A stretch of 59,862 nt of DNA, the filler included, from Catajapyx aquilonaris (lineage: Eukaryota), in NCBI GenBank assembly GCA_000934665.2. It is 2 parts of 2 records of this genome, joined end to end, with 100 filler letters (N's around TTAATTAATTAA, not from the genome) between each part and the next. Parts side by side here need not be neighbours in the genome. Positions count along the whole stretch, not along the records: positions 1 to 29,882 come from KZ539202.1; 1 more part is not named here. One strand, given 5' to 3'. Below the pieces are notes generated by a model, which saw nothing but the letters and a program-made list of their open reading frames with translations, searched no databases and was not told the DNA's origin. Both the position numbers and the translations under genes were made by a program. Below, piece after piece: positions 13,139 to 27,090 of the stretch (positions are counted from its first letter, which is position 1; the number at the start of each line of letters is the position of its first letter).

Positions 13139-16100
13139 GTCTAGGTAATGGGAGGTCTTGGTTTAAAACAGAAAGTAATTCAATACAGTTGCTTTTGTTC
13201 CGCTTCAGAGTAATTGGTGACTGCATTTCACTTGGTGGTAAAATATTGTAGCAATCCTGTTGGAGAAGACAATATCTGTCATGAAGATACAATGCATAAT
13301 GCTCATGACATCGTACTAGAGGCAAGTGCTGAAGTCCCACAGTATAACGACGATAACAAATTTGTCTGGGCATTTTACAAATTAACTAAAACATGAGTAT
13401 ACAGTACGAGTAGCTTCAATGAACTGTGTTTTTACTGTACGTCAGCTCTCATCTTATTTCTTAATTGAAATCATACTTCAGTAAAATAATAATCCGATAC
13501 ATTACATATTACTGAAATATTATGTGTGGCCAGATATAGCCATTAATGAAGGTGGTATGTTTTGCACTGTTGAGTTTCATTGTTTCTGCAATTCTGGAAA
13601 ACAAATTTAACAATGTCACTTCATCCACAAAATCCGATTGTCATCATGCGAGGCATCACCTTGGACATCGCCACTTCCACTCTCTCCCCGTCTGACGTCA
13701 GGCGCGAGATGAAGTACTTAGAACTGTTGTGGTGTTATCTGGGTCTGATGCTCGCTATAGCCACCTGGGAGAGATTCAAATTTATGAAATGATAAATTTT
13801 TAATGGTGTGGACCCTTACTCTTGATAACGAATCTTATTTTGCCATTACAAGAAGAATATGTCGTGTTACCCACACTATATATTTTGAGGATGTTTTGTG
13901 CATCGACTCCGGTCTTCAGTCTTACAAGTAATATTTCAACCCTGGTAGTCTTGTGATATTCCGAGATGTTTGACCAGGAATGACCGTTGCATTATTTTTA
14001 TGGTAGGAGATTAGTACCTGTGGTTTGTACTCTGGCCTATTAACGCGTATGTTGGAAGTGTGCCAACGGAATTAATACATGTCCAGGCGCACCATACGTA
14101 GGTGTGTTCTGTTTTCCTGCTGATACGTCAGTCTTGGTTTAATGCTAGAAAGAAAAAGCGACTTTCATTTTCGGCATGCATTTTGGAATACATTTTGGAG
14201 CCGCATCTTATATTGCTCTCAGCTGACACGACGAATGCTGTATGATTATGATTTTAAACCCTTCGTGAAGTAAAAGTCAAAATTAATATTTGTCCGGGAA
14301 ATTAAATTACTCGTAGATGTTTCTCTTGTGGATAGTGTTCTACATCCCATGTGTACTTCGGATAGCAAGTGAAGCGCAATGGCTTTGCTCAGTCTTTATT
14401 TCACTTTACGTCTCGGTGTTCGCAGGTCACTACTTGTTTGTTTGATTTTGAATAAGGAAAACTGGTCATCTCGTCTTGACGTATAGTAACTAGGTGGGTT
14501 CAGGATTTCAGTGAAGTCACTATTCAGTAGTGATATCGGTGATACTTTTCAATTTCATGATAGATAGGTGAGGCGATGTCACGTCCTGCATTTCAGATTT
14601 GTACATAAAGCGTGTTTAGAAGCGCTTACTAATTATGTAGGAGTATTTTCAAGCACATGGATGTGAACTGCACCTCTAAGAGGCATAGGCGCATGGCGTA
14701 GTTTTTACTCGTCCGTGTTTGTTTTCATCTTGTTGGGTCAGTGATTTCAAATTCTGATCCACAACGGCGTACTGTATACTCCATAGCAGTGCCAGAATTC
14801 GAGTGATGGCATGTTTAAGATTAATGCCTGTCGTAAGTTATGCACACTTGTCCGATGGAAGTGTGTCCTTGCATCACTTGCATTGTGTGAAATTAGAACT
14901 GTCATGTGGTTATAGTAATAATGGTTAATAATAATAATAATAATAATGGTTTATTTCCTTACTCAGGGCCGTAAGCCGTATGGGCATGTTGTGAGTACTG
15001 TCCAATTATGATGGAAGTGTGTTTGGTGGCAATGGAATGAATACAACATGTCGAGGTGCGCCATTTATTTTCTCATTTTGGCAATTTTTCATCTAAATGT
15101 ATCATCATTGGTGTATACTGTAGCTGGAAAAGAAGAGCGGCTTTCATTTTCGGCATAACCAAGATAGCCTTCAAGATGTTTCGGCTCAAAGACAGTACCT
15201 GTGTGTTCCAGCCCAGTCACGGCGTCGTCGGGGTCAAGTATTGTTATTGGTAAACCTTCGTGAAGTAACATCATATCCGAAATCATAGATATTAAAGGTG
15301 TAGCGTTTATATTAAAAATGGATGTCCCCTTGTGGTTAGTATCGCCTGGATTTATGCATTGGTTTGCTTGGTGTGAAATGCTGACGCACTTTCCGTTGGG
15401 CATTGGTCGCCTTATGTAATACGCACAAGATGCCCAGAATTCACTGTAAAGGTGAAATGTTCATTATCACCGCACAGTTAGATGTTTATCAGACCCTGTA
15501 TAATATCTAGTACATTTCATATCATGATTTTATAGCAGCCCAGGTTATATTTCTTATTTTCCTCACATGCACAATGTTGTATGCGTCACTTTCTTTGTTG
15601 AACTTACATTTTTTATGGTCTCTGGACGTATTCTATTCCGCTGAATACAGGTGTTGGTTGTCATTTATTATAATTACTGTATAACAGAACATTATTATCA
15701 ATAAAATACACATTCAAAACAGAAAAGTCTTTCTGATCCATTCACAGGCCATTGTTAGGCATGACAACAGTTTTCTTGGTAATGTAGCAACTTATATGAA
15801 ATAGAAAATGGTTGACACTTGGATTCGAGATCGTCCCTTTTTATAAGTCGTGATCATGTTTGTGGCTGTGTGTTTGTTTTCTATTAGCAATTGTATTAAA
15901 GATAATATACATTTTTTTGCCATCATGACTTTTGCAGGGTTTGCAGGGTTAATGCATGGAATTATTTCGCAAATATTCTATTTTATATCTTACTAATGAT
16001 TCTTATTGTGCGGCTTAAATTTGTTCTTCTCGGAGACGCAGTGGAATAGAAATGTAAGTCCTCATGTGCCTTTTCTGGTCGACCGACCATTCCTTCTGGA

Positions 16101-16514
16101 CCATATAGTCTCAAGAATTAATCTCGTATTATTTTCTAAGGAGGGAACATGCTGGCGGGTTACGCACACTCTTTACATTTTGGGAGACCCATGTTGTGGT
16201 GCTGTTTAGAATCAGATAGCAGGTTCAGATAGATGTCCAGATGAGATTACTCTTCCATTGCACACTCATTTGACCCGTAGGGTCAAGTGGTGAGTACAGG
16301 ACCACTGTGTTCGTGTGTGAGCATGCCATATTCATGAATGGTATACCCTTCCGGCTTATGTGATGGTGTCCTAAAAGTATTTTTTCTTCTTATTGTCCGT
16401 GCCATAAAGTGAGAAAAAATCGTAACAGAAAACTTTGAATGAAATCTAATGTGTAGAGTATATTTAAATATTAATATTCAAACCAGTGCGGCTCTCACTG
16501 GGATTACCAAACCT

Positions 16515-19050
16515 GGTGATATTTTCTACTTGTAACTTGGAGTCGCAGTGTTGTTGCAAAATCGCACTGGCACTCGCATCAGCAGTATTACTCGTATCTG
16601 GCGCAATGGAGGTGACAATTTTGGGTGTTCTCTCCGCTCATTCTTGATTTTGATGCCACCTCGTCAGTCTTTGAGGTCCTCTTCTTCACGGTGTCTGTTC
16701 CATACTCGAAGCACGTTCTAAGACGAGTGCACTGCGTAGACTTTTGATTATTCATTGCAACACGGAATGAAACAGTGCTCATAAATGGCTTCCATATTAT
16801 GCAAGACTACGTATGTTCACAGTAAATGATAAAAATTTTAATATCAAAATAGCAAAACTTCATTTTGACAGTTGCATGTCGCCGTCGGTTCTATTGCAGC
16901 CATCTTACCTACATTCCTGCATGTGGCAGGTCAGAGGCGTGGTGGCTGCCGACAGAACCAATGTTGTTGAGTGTTATCAAAAGCACGGAACCTTCAGAGT
17001 TTTATGCCACTGCCCTCACAGCATTGTCTGAAACATCTATGCTTAGTGCCTATTTGTCGTGGTACAAAAAGGATGTTGTTATTTTATTACCAATTACAAC
17101 TCCGGTGCTAAAACTAACCTCAACCCGCTCATATTAAAATTACTTCCTTTAAGAGGACGAAACCCCCATATTGCGCAATGTATAGGTGATATAATTTTGG
17201 TGCTCGCTCATTTGTAATTTTGATGCCACCCGTATCTTGTTGGGAGTACTGTCCATGAAAAGGGTTCGAAAATATGCCTGTCCAGTGGAATGTCCAGTTT
17301 TTGTTCCCCTTTTACTAGACCACATTGAGGCAAGAATATCGTTTGGTTACTAAAAAGATACTGTGCCACTAAACAAGTAAGACGTGTGCAGCAAAGTCGC
17401 AAGATTATTTTATGCAATGGCGCGGCCTTTTCGAAAAAAAACAGTTTACAAGGTCGAAATTTGAACTCACAACGGTAGCGCCAACCACTTGTCTTCTGAT
17501 CCGACTAGAAATGGCACAAAACTTGTCGAGGTTGCAAATATTGCATCGTGACATTTCATGCCAATGAATTTGCTGCCCAGTTTGACATTTTGGAACCAAC
17601 CAGACAGGTGACCCTGGTGCTCACATTGAATTAGGTTCGATCATCAAATTGTTCTGGAATCTGAAATTCGTATGGATTGGATACAAATCATCTTGTTTGC
17701 CTGGTCATGAAGGTCAGGGATTTTCCCTTCTAGTACAATATTTTCGCAATCGTGGCTTCAACATAATGAGTAATTTCGCCTTTGCCATTTTTCAGAAAAA
17801 AGAGGAAATTGTCATGGTTAATATGTTATATGTTTCCGCTGTTTTCTATATTGTTTGCTCTGTATTGTCATGATAGGTAATTATTTTCTGACGCGTCGTC
17901 AGATATACAGTGAAGCAATGATCAAATTTTTCACGTAATTTTCATAATAATCCGCACATCTGATTGCACAATATGGCGTGTAGTGGTACAATACTTGTAA
18001 TTTCAGAAGTGACAGAAGTGACACGTTTTTTCTTGTAATTTTGGAGGGTTTTAAAATGAACACTGGATTTCTAATCTCGTTGCGATATGTTTTTGGTAGA
18101 CGGTCCTGTCGTTTGGGGCTAGCTGGCTTTGGTAGCTACTCATACTATGGTAACAGGGAATGTTTCCTTGTAAAGTGGGTATTTAACTACAGTGATGGGG
18201 CAAGAATGTGTACTATTTGAAATAGAATAATAAGTCATACTCGATTATAGGGGACTCATTATCTAACTCATTATCAAGATAAGGCAAGCACACAATAAAT
18301 TGATAAAAATCTGGAGTGCTTTTGTTGGAATGCTCGGAGAATTTCCATGTTGTTGCTGGAGTCGTCAGTCACTTCTGTTTAGCTTCCTATGTGCCATGTG
18401 CAATGGGAAGTGGCGCTATACTTGCATATTTGTATACTTTCCACGGCTGGCAAGTCGTTAGTAATGTGAACTTTACGACATCTAAGACTTACTATAAGAT
18501 AATTAAGGCAGGCACAGTAACGGATGAATTTGTGGGTGGGTTTGTTGGAATACAAATGCATTTCACGTGGCTCTTCAGTATTTTCCGCCATGCCCATGAC
18601 ATAGGTTTGGGTAGTTACTGTACACGAACGGTGAATGCTTCCTGTTTGCAGTGCTTTGCGACATGATAATGGGGCCATGAAATATTTTTTTGAGTGAAAT
18701 AAAAGACGTGTTTGATTAAAATCTTTGACAGAATTTGATTAGGAGAAAAAAGGATAATCATCTCCGAAGCACGAATCTGATTCTGTGAGATTCGTGGCCT
18801 TTTTGTTATATCACTGAGGAGGTCAGTTATTTGCTCTATGGACATGTTTATCTCGGGATCGAGAGTCATTATTTTCCACCAAGTTCAAGGTATTAATTCA
18901 TTAATGAGTTAATTAATTTCTTTTACCTCCTCTTAAAGCCTAAGGAAACTTCCCTTACAGTTGCACGTCAGACATGGCAAGTTTGTCCTAATAAAAAGGC
19001 TGAATTTAATTTACAGGACAGGAAACACACCCATGGCATAATATGTTATG
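16515..19050 (+). repeat. Segmental duplication, copy 1 (~2.5 kb)
   Basis: Collinear and highly similar to 22163-24280; near-identical ORF-track peptides at 16813/22444 and 16865/22496. Confidence 0.95.
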
Positions 19051-19416
19051 AACAGGCAACAACATTAACAAAGGAAAGATGGCGGACGCCTGACATCATT
19101 GGACTAATTGTCGTCCCAGGTGCCATTAGTGGTTCGACCGCTCCCCTTCCCCCCCGAATCCGCCACGAATACAGTATGTACAGTACTTGTGCCTTGTTTT
19201 TCAGTGCCTTGTCCATTTATCACCTCTGGCTAACTGATTGCTGACGAGCTAGTTCCGCGCGCACTGACACATTGATGTTGTTTTCTTACTCCTGATGAAC
19301 ATTGTCCAAGAGCAACCAGGCCTATTCTGCAACCATGTGACACTAGGCAGGCAATTCAACTGCTTATTGACCTTTCCTCCCCTTTCCTAGGCCAATATGT
19401 CCCCCCCCCCCCCCCC

Positions 19417-19616
19417 NNNNNNNNNNNNNNNNNNNNNNNNNNNNNNNNNNNNNNNNNNNNNNNNNNNNNNNNNNNNNNNNNNNNNNNNNNNNNNNNNNNN
19501 NNNNNNNNNNNNNNNNNNNNNNNNNNNNNNNNNNNNNNNNNNNNNNNNNNNNNNNNNNNNNNNNNNNNNNNNNNNNNNNNNNNNNNNNNNNNNNNNNNNN
19601 NNNNNNNNNNNNNNNN
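19417..19616. other. Assembly gap (200 N) flanked by poly-C runs
   Basis: N run seen directly. Confidence 0.99.
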
Positions 19617-21599
19617 CCCCCCCCCCCCCCCCCTGAGAAAAGGTGGATGCATCGTGCCTCCACCCCCTTTTTATGGAATGGGGGCCACTGGGCCATGCTG
19701 AGATTACCTCCTTATAATGTAGCCGAAACGGTCACTATGAACTATAATGCTACTTTATTATTATGCTACTTTCGTCTTGGATTTGCGCCCTTTGTCTTTC
19801 AAAAAAGCCCTGTAGAAACCAGTATCTCGTTTCACACTACTTGCACTATTGTGTCAATAGCTACTTTTTTTCCTACGTATAGAGGTCACTTTTTGTAACC
19901 TATCTAAATGTTCACTTGTTGCAGTCAAATTAGAATTAAATAATTGTGTTAAATCCTGCATCACCAATGCCATTCCACCACCCCTCCCTTCATATTGAGC
20001 AAGCACCAGAGAATTTCAGTTTTGCTCCACAATACCGAATAGAAATGACGAATCCTGCGTCTGTACTTCACTGGCCACCATATGACAAGTTTTCTGAATG
20101 ATGCGTATGAAACTCGACAATCGTTACTTATACAGTACTAGGCACCAACATGCCAAAATTAGGCAAAAAAAAAATTAGGCCAAATTGCTAAAGTGGAGAG
20201 GATGAGAGAGAAAGAGAGAGACGCGGACCAGGCAGCGACATCCGACGGCGAAGTACCGAAGTAAGACGGTGCGGAGGTAGGGCCCGCGGCCGGAACGGCG
20301 TTTATGGGAACTCCGTGGTGGTTGGTTTTTTAAAGGCGGTCGGCGTTTTTTTTTTTGCGTTTTATAAATTCCCTGGACACTGTTTCAAACAAAAAAAAAA
20401 AGTTTATTGCAGATATAGGACACGCGGGCTAAATTTTGACACCACTTCCAATGCTGTATGCCGTACACAGCGGGAGGAATCGCCATCACAGTAGGGTATA
20501 CTCGTAGATATATTAGAATCCAAGATTGTCCCCTCTTGCAATACTTTTCAGAAAAGTAGCACAGCATAGAACCGAAGCGTAAGTGGAATAGCTTGGTAAG
20601 CATTTCCATGTGTGTGGCAGAACCTATGACAATACATATATGGATTCATATCTTATTAGACTGTAATATATAAAAAGTAACAATACATAATTATGAAGAC
20701 CTCGGGGGAAGAACGGTCAAGGTCCACTTTTTGTCAAAAATTAGTTACGTATCTCAGAAGATAGTTTCCCTATTATAGAATATGATGGTTTGGTCGTGGT
20801 TGTGGAGTAATGATTACACGTCACTATGGAAGGCCCCGAAAGTGGGATTTACAATATAACCTTATGGGCTTTCGAAGCTATGGTACTGCATCATCTTCAA
20901 AAATCATGATCTTCATACTTGTATAATACACACAGAAATTAAGGTCTGACAGATTAATTTTTTATTTAACACTTCTTTTATTTATTTTATTACACATTGA
21001 ACATTTTATTTGACATTACATTTTCACATAGAAAACCGAATTCTTGCCATGCATCCTACTGTCCGGCTAGTCCACGTGGGACCATGGGTGATGGGTTAGC
21101 CTTCAGCGTCAGTATTTTGGCTATCGCTTCTCACCCTAAAGGGGATCAGAGGTTCTTTAGGAGCTAATTAGTCCAGGTTTCTTTTATTGTAACGCCTTAT
21201 GAACAAAATTGATTAACGTAGTAGCAAACTCTGATGGGTATACACTCAACTGGGTATACGGAGTGCGAAGTATATTCTTCAACCGCATCTATACAACTCT
21301 ACAAGTAATGTAACAGAAAACCTAACATTATTTGGCATTTGGTGGTAATGTGAGAGGGAAAAAATGTATAACCTCCAACGATGGTATGGAGTAAAATGCG
21401 ATGCTCTTGTCAGGTGTTAATCATCCTTCAGTCACACCACATATTGGAATATACCAACTTAATCTGCATACGCGACTGGAGCGAGTAATTCATCACTTTT
21501 TCTCCTGCCCTATTATTGGAGGTGTCAACTTATATTACGTAATGCCGTACAATTATAAAGAGGCAGATTATACAGGGTGTATTGTTATACAGGGAATAT

Positions 21600-21760
21600 T
21601 AAGCACCGGTGCGGTGGACGTAATAGGCCTTTAGCCGCCTTCCTTTTGTTTAACGTTGGGGTTGGGGTGGTATTGCCTGCCCTCCCCTACAACGTCACAG
21701 GTACTTGGCGCAGTATAGCCATTGCTGCTGTTGCGCTATTAAACCATCAATCAATCAACC
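21600..21760 (+). mobile_element. SINE 3' remnant
   Basis: CCCTACAACGTCACAGGTACTTGGCGCAGTATAGCCATTGC...AAACCATCAATCAATCAA, with a homologous remnant at ~27005-27087. The (ATCA)n tail is typical of SINE ends. Confidence 0.5.
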
Positions 21761-22162
21761 TTTTGCCTTCTAAGTTGAGTATCGAGTAAAATTGTTGTCA
21801 TCTCATAAGTGATTGATTGAGGATTAACCAAGTTAGTTTGTGCTACGGGTAGCTGGTGGTTTAATATAAATAAAGTTAAGAAGGAATTGCGTAGCTGCGC
21901 ATTTTAAGAGAGAAAGCCGCATTAAAAAAAAAAAAAGAGAATTACTCTCAGTTCATCTTCAGATCTGTCGTTCAAGATATCTGCAGTTATTGACAGTCCA
22001 TTTATAACATTGAACCTGGTCAGAGACGACAAAGTGGCAGAAATAATGTCAAAGTCATATAGACGGAATTTATTGACATGGGCCATTTTCACCTCCTTTC
22101 ACCCAAGTAGTGCATACGGCCCACGTACTGACGCTTTATTGTTTCGGCACTTGAACAACATG

Positions 22163-24280
22163 GGTGATATTTTCTACTTGTAACTTGAAGTCGCTGTGTT
22201 ATGTCACACAATCGCATACATACCAGCGGCGCAATGGAGGTGACAATTTTGGGTGTTCTCTCCGCTCACTCATAATTTTGATGCCACCTCGTCAGTCTTT
22301 GAGGTGCTCTTCGTCTTCACTGTGTCGGTTCCATACTCGAAGCACGTTCTAAGACGAGTCCACTGCGTAGAATTTTGATAATTCATTGCAACACGGAATG
22401 AAACGATGCTCACAAATGGCTTCCATATTATGAAGGACTACGTATGTTCACAGTAAATGATAAACATTTTAATATCAAAATAGCAAAACTTCATTTTGAC
22501 AGTTGCATGTCGCCGTCGGTTCTATTGCAGCCATCTGTCCTACATTCCTGCGTGTGGCAGGTCAGAGGCGTGGCTGCCGACAGAACCAATGTTGTTGAGT
22601 GTTATCAAAAGCACGGAACCTTCAGAGTTTTATGCCACTGCCCTCACAGCATTGTCTGAAACATCTATGCTTAGTGCCTATTTGTCGTGGTACAAAAAGG
22701 ATGTTGTTATTTTATTACCAATTACAACTCCGGTGCTAAAACTAACCTCAACCCGCTCATTTTAAAATTACTTCCTTTTAGAGGACGAAACCCCATATTG
22801 CGCAATGTATAGGTGATATAATTTTGGTGCTCGCTCATTTGTAATTTAGATGCCACCTGTATCTTGTTGGGAGTACTGTCCATGAAAAGGGTTCGAAAAT
22901 ATGCCTGTCCAGTGGAATGTCCACTTTTTGTTCCCCTTTTACTAGACCACATTGAGGCAAGAATATCGTTTGGTTACTAAAAAGATACTGTGCCACTAAA
23001 CAAGTAAGACGTGTGCAGCAAAGTCGCAAGATTATTTTTATGCAATGGCGCGGCCTTTTCGAAAAAACAGTTTACAAGGTCGAAATTCGAACTCACAACG
23101 GTAGCGCCAAGCACGTGTCTTCTGATCCGACTAGAAGTGGCACAAAACTTGTCGAGGTTGCAAATATTGCATCGTGACATCTCATCCGAATAAATTTTCT
23201 GCCCAGTTTGACATTTTGGAACCAACCAGTCAGGTGACCCTGGTGCTCACATTGGCCTAGGTTCGATCATCAAATTGTTATGGAATCTGAACTTCGTATG
23301 GGTTGGATACAAATCATCTTGTTTGCCTGATCATGAAGGTCAGGGATTTTCTCTTCTAGTACAATATTTTCTTAATTGTGGCTTCAACATAATTAGTGAT
23401 TTCGCCTTTGCCATTTTTCTGAAAAAAGAGGATATGTTAATATGTTATATGTTTCCGCACATAAATGTTTTCTATATTGTTTGCTCTGTATTCTCAGAAT
23501 AGATAGTTCTTTTTTTTCTGGCGTGTCGTCAGATATACAGTGTAGCAATTATCTAATTTCTCACGTACACTTCCGCACATCCGCACATCTGATTGCACAA
23601 TATGGCGTGTACTGGTACAATACTTGTAATTTTAGAAGTGACACGTTTTTTTCTTGTAATTTTGGAGGGTTTTAATATACACACTGGATTTCTAATCTCA
23701 TTGCGATGTGTTTTTGGTAGACGAACTGTCGTTTGGAGCTACCTCCTCATACTGTGTATGAGTAGTATGTGTGTGGTTTTGTTGGAATATAAATGGATTT
23801 CACGTGGATCTTCAGCATTTTCTGCCATGCCCATGACATAGGTTTGGGTAGTTACTGTACACGAACCTGTTTGCAGTGCTTTGTGATATGATAATGGGGC
23901 CATGAAATATTTTTTGAGAGAAATAAAAGACGTGTTCCATTAAAAGGAGGTTTTTTGACAGAATTTGATTAGGAGAAAAAAGGATCATCATCTCCGAAGC
24001 ACGATCCTGTGAGTTTCGTGGCCTTTTTGTTATATCACTGAGCAGGTCAGTTATTTGCTAAATGGACAGGTTTATCACGGGATCGAGAGTTATTATTTTC
24101 CACCCAGTTCAAGGTATTAATTCATTAATGAGTTAATTAATTTCTTTTACATCCTCTTAAAGCCAGTCTATAAGGAAACTTCACTTACAGTTGCACGTCA
24201 GACATGGCAAGTGTGTCCTAATAATAAGGCTGAATTTAATTTACAGAACAGGAAACACACCAATGGCATAATATGTTATG
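22163..24280 (+). repeat. Segmental duplication, copy 2 (~2.1 kb; lacks ~0.4 kb corresponding to ~18150-18530)
   Basis: Direct repeat of 16515-19050 with substitutions and an internal deletion. Confidence 0.95.
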
Positions 24281-26929
24281 TCATATGATTTTGGGTATCT
24301 CTGTAGTCTCGTTTTCAGTTGATCTGGTGTGTGTAGTTTCCTTCAGCGTCAGATTCCGTTGGTACAATGTGACCAGAACCTATTCTATAAGGAAATGAGT
24401 GCCCTACTAGCCAGAGTGGATAATGTCTCTCTTGCTCATCAGTAGTCGCCCTTTTGGTCCGTCGGCAGACTTATAAGATACCTACTACAGTATTATGGAT
24501 AAAACTGACGTGAATGTTGGCAGGACCAACTGACGTCCCTCCCAGTTTTCTTTTGCTGGTGAACATCGAATTATTTTCTGCGACATCTGGATATGAGCAT
24601 TTCATAATCTCTCATATACTTTGTCACTAGGTGTGTCGGTGTTCACTGGTCACTTGTTTGCTTGGTTTTGAAGAATGACACCGGTCATCTCGTCTTGACG
24701 TATGGTTAATTAGGTTAGTCTGTGGTGCGAACTAAAATCTGTCACGTCCGTCCGCATCATAATATTGACTGCAAACAGTTCAAAGGTTCGATGAGATATC
24801 AAGTAAGGCGGGAGAGGTGTATAGTCCAAAGTGGGTATTACTGCATAGTGGGATGACAGTAATGTGGACTTGCCGCTTTGACATGGTTACAATTATTTTG
24901 GGATAGTCAGTTATTGCCGTCCTTTGCACTGGCACCAGGTTATTTTTGTGATACTGGGAGGTGGACCAGTTGAACTCACTCTCAGCGCCTGTCCCTCATA
25001 TTTCACACTGCACCCAGCGACAGAGCTTCATTATTGAACTAGATATATATCATATGCTGCCACACCACCACATTTATAATTGCCAGACCACCACATTTAT
25101 AATCCACCCCCTCCCCCCTCAGCGCCTGTCCCTTGTGCGTTGTCTTGTCTCCGTCCCGGTGTTTCCTTATTGAAACAGAGATAAGTATTGGGCGGAATCA
25201 TTGTATAGTACCGGTATCTATATGCTTCACACTGCAATGTCTATATTAAAAGCATGTCTTTAACTTGCCTCCAGAAGCGGTTGGTTTTTGTCATTACCAT
25301 CCAGGGTAATAGTTTGCTCGTGTTTCCTCGTGGATTAGTATGTCACCGAAAGTTTCACGACGCTACGTAGGCTGCCCTTTGTATTGGTGTATTTGTTTTG
25401 TTAAGGTAAACCGTATCTTATTAATTGAAAGGAACGAAGAATATGGCATAAGAAATAATGTATGTCGGAATGTATGGCAGAGTAGTAATCTGAAGGTTTT
25501 ATATGGATTTACATAATCTCCGTCTTATTATGCTTTTTGATTCTCACATCCTTCGGTTGACTCTTGGGCGAATTAATGCACTGTTACTCGTACATTACTT
25601 CTCTTAACATGTGGAGTTGGAGGTGGTTGTTATCTATACAGTAAGACCCAGTAAGTAATGATCGGAAAAGGAGCTGTTTATAAAATGAACATAATACTGA
25701 ACTGACTACTGGAAAGAACACAAAATCGTGGTCATTATAGCTGGCATAATGAGTGACAACATCATAGTCCTAAATATATGATACCGCTTGATTATAAGAT
25801 TTGCAGAAATTCTTTTAAGAGTAGGTGCAGTACATGGAAATTTTTATTATGTTCGTTAGGTATTGTTAAGTGGAGTTGGATTCAAGATTTCTTGTTTCAG
25901 ACGTTTACTTGTCAGAACTGGTGAGTTACGTCGGTGGTTTTTCACTGACATGTCTCGCTTGGGGGTTGTCCCAAAAAAGAAAATTCAGCAGAGTAACAAT
26001 AGGACGTAAACTGTCAGATAATTTCTGCGTTTTGGATTTAGGGCGACATGTTCGAAGAGAGTGTTTATTTTGCCTCAACGAGATCCAAAGCCTCGGGGAA
26101 AATTTCATTGGTCTCCACCCAGCTTATTGGAGAAATTATTGGAAATATTAACGAGAAACACAAGGGAGAAATAAGTGAGAGTGATGGTTATCCTTGTCGG
26201 GAGATGTTCGACTGAATTTTATCTGCAGAAAATTGCATGGACAGTAGTAGGACGCAATACTTGAGAGGTTGGCTCTTTTCCATGGTGGTATTGGTTAAGT
26301 TATCTCTGACTGCTCGTCGCAGAAGCACATTAATAATTCCAGGAATAATGACTGACAAGTAAGAGTTTTTCTTCAAAATTTTCTGTGCAAATCCTTGACA
26401 CTCTTGTATATATTGTAAATATTTGAATTTGAGGGATCAGTGTTAGATAATATGAAACAGGTGCAAATCAAGGAAAAGTGTAAATGAAATCTATGTACTG
26501 TACGTACACTCCATGCAACACTTTTGAAGAAGAACATTCATTCATACTCCAACCCATTTTATGTTGTCATGTTTGATGTTCATGGTGTCTCCTCATCTCC
26601 GCAAAAGCAGCCATGTCGGCGCCCTCTGTTCCTCGTTGTACCTTCTTTCCTCCCGTTTTTGCCCGGGACATGACTCCGGGTCCGCCCAGGGGTGCCCGTG
26701 GCTTATCAATGTGTTGGGGACGGAGGAGGAATGAAATGCAAAGGTGGGCTAATATATGTATTTACAGTGTACTACATGGTAATGGGAAGGAGGAGATGGA
26801 CAAGAGAGGTCAGCTCAGGGTAAAGGATTGGGAGCAAGAAGAGCCCTATATGTACAGTATACGGTATAGGGTGTCCTCATCATGGGTCACGGTGGGGTCA
26901 GAGGCTGGGAGAAGGGCACCGGATGCAGT

Positions 26930-27090
26930 GGGGGACTTATTAGATCACTCTGAGGTACAATCACAGGGATTCCGCGTTTCAGCAGAGTATAACACTACTG
27001 GATCTGCCCTACATCGTCACAGAGGTGCTTGGCACAGTATAGCCATTGCCCCTGTTGCACCAAAAAACCATCACTTAATCAATCAATGTG
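26930..27090 (+). mobile_element. Interspersed repeat / SINE remnant
   Basis: The 5' part (TTAGATCACT...CACAG.GATTCCG.GT.TCAGCAG) matches ~8455-8502; the 3' part matches 21685-21758. Confidence 0.5.
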
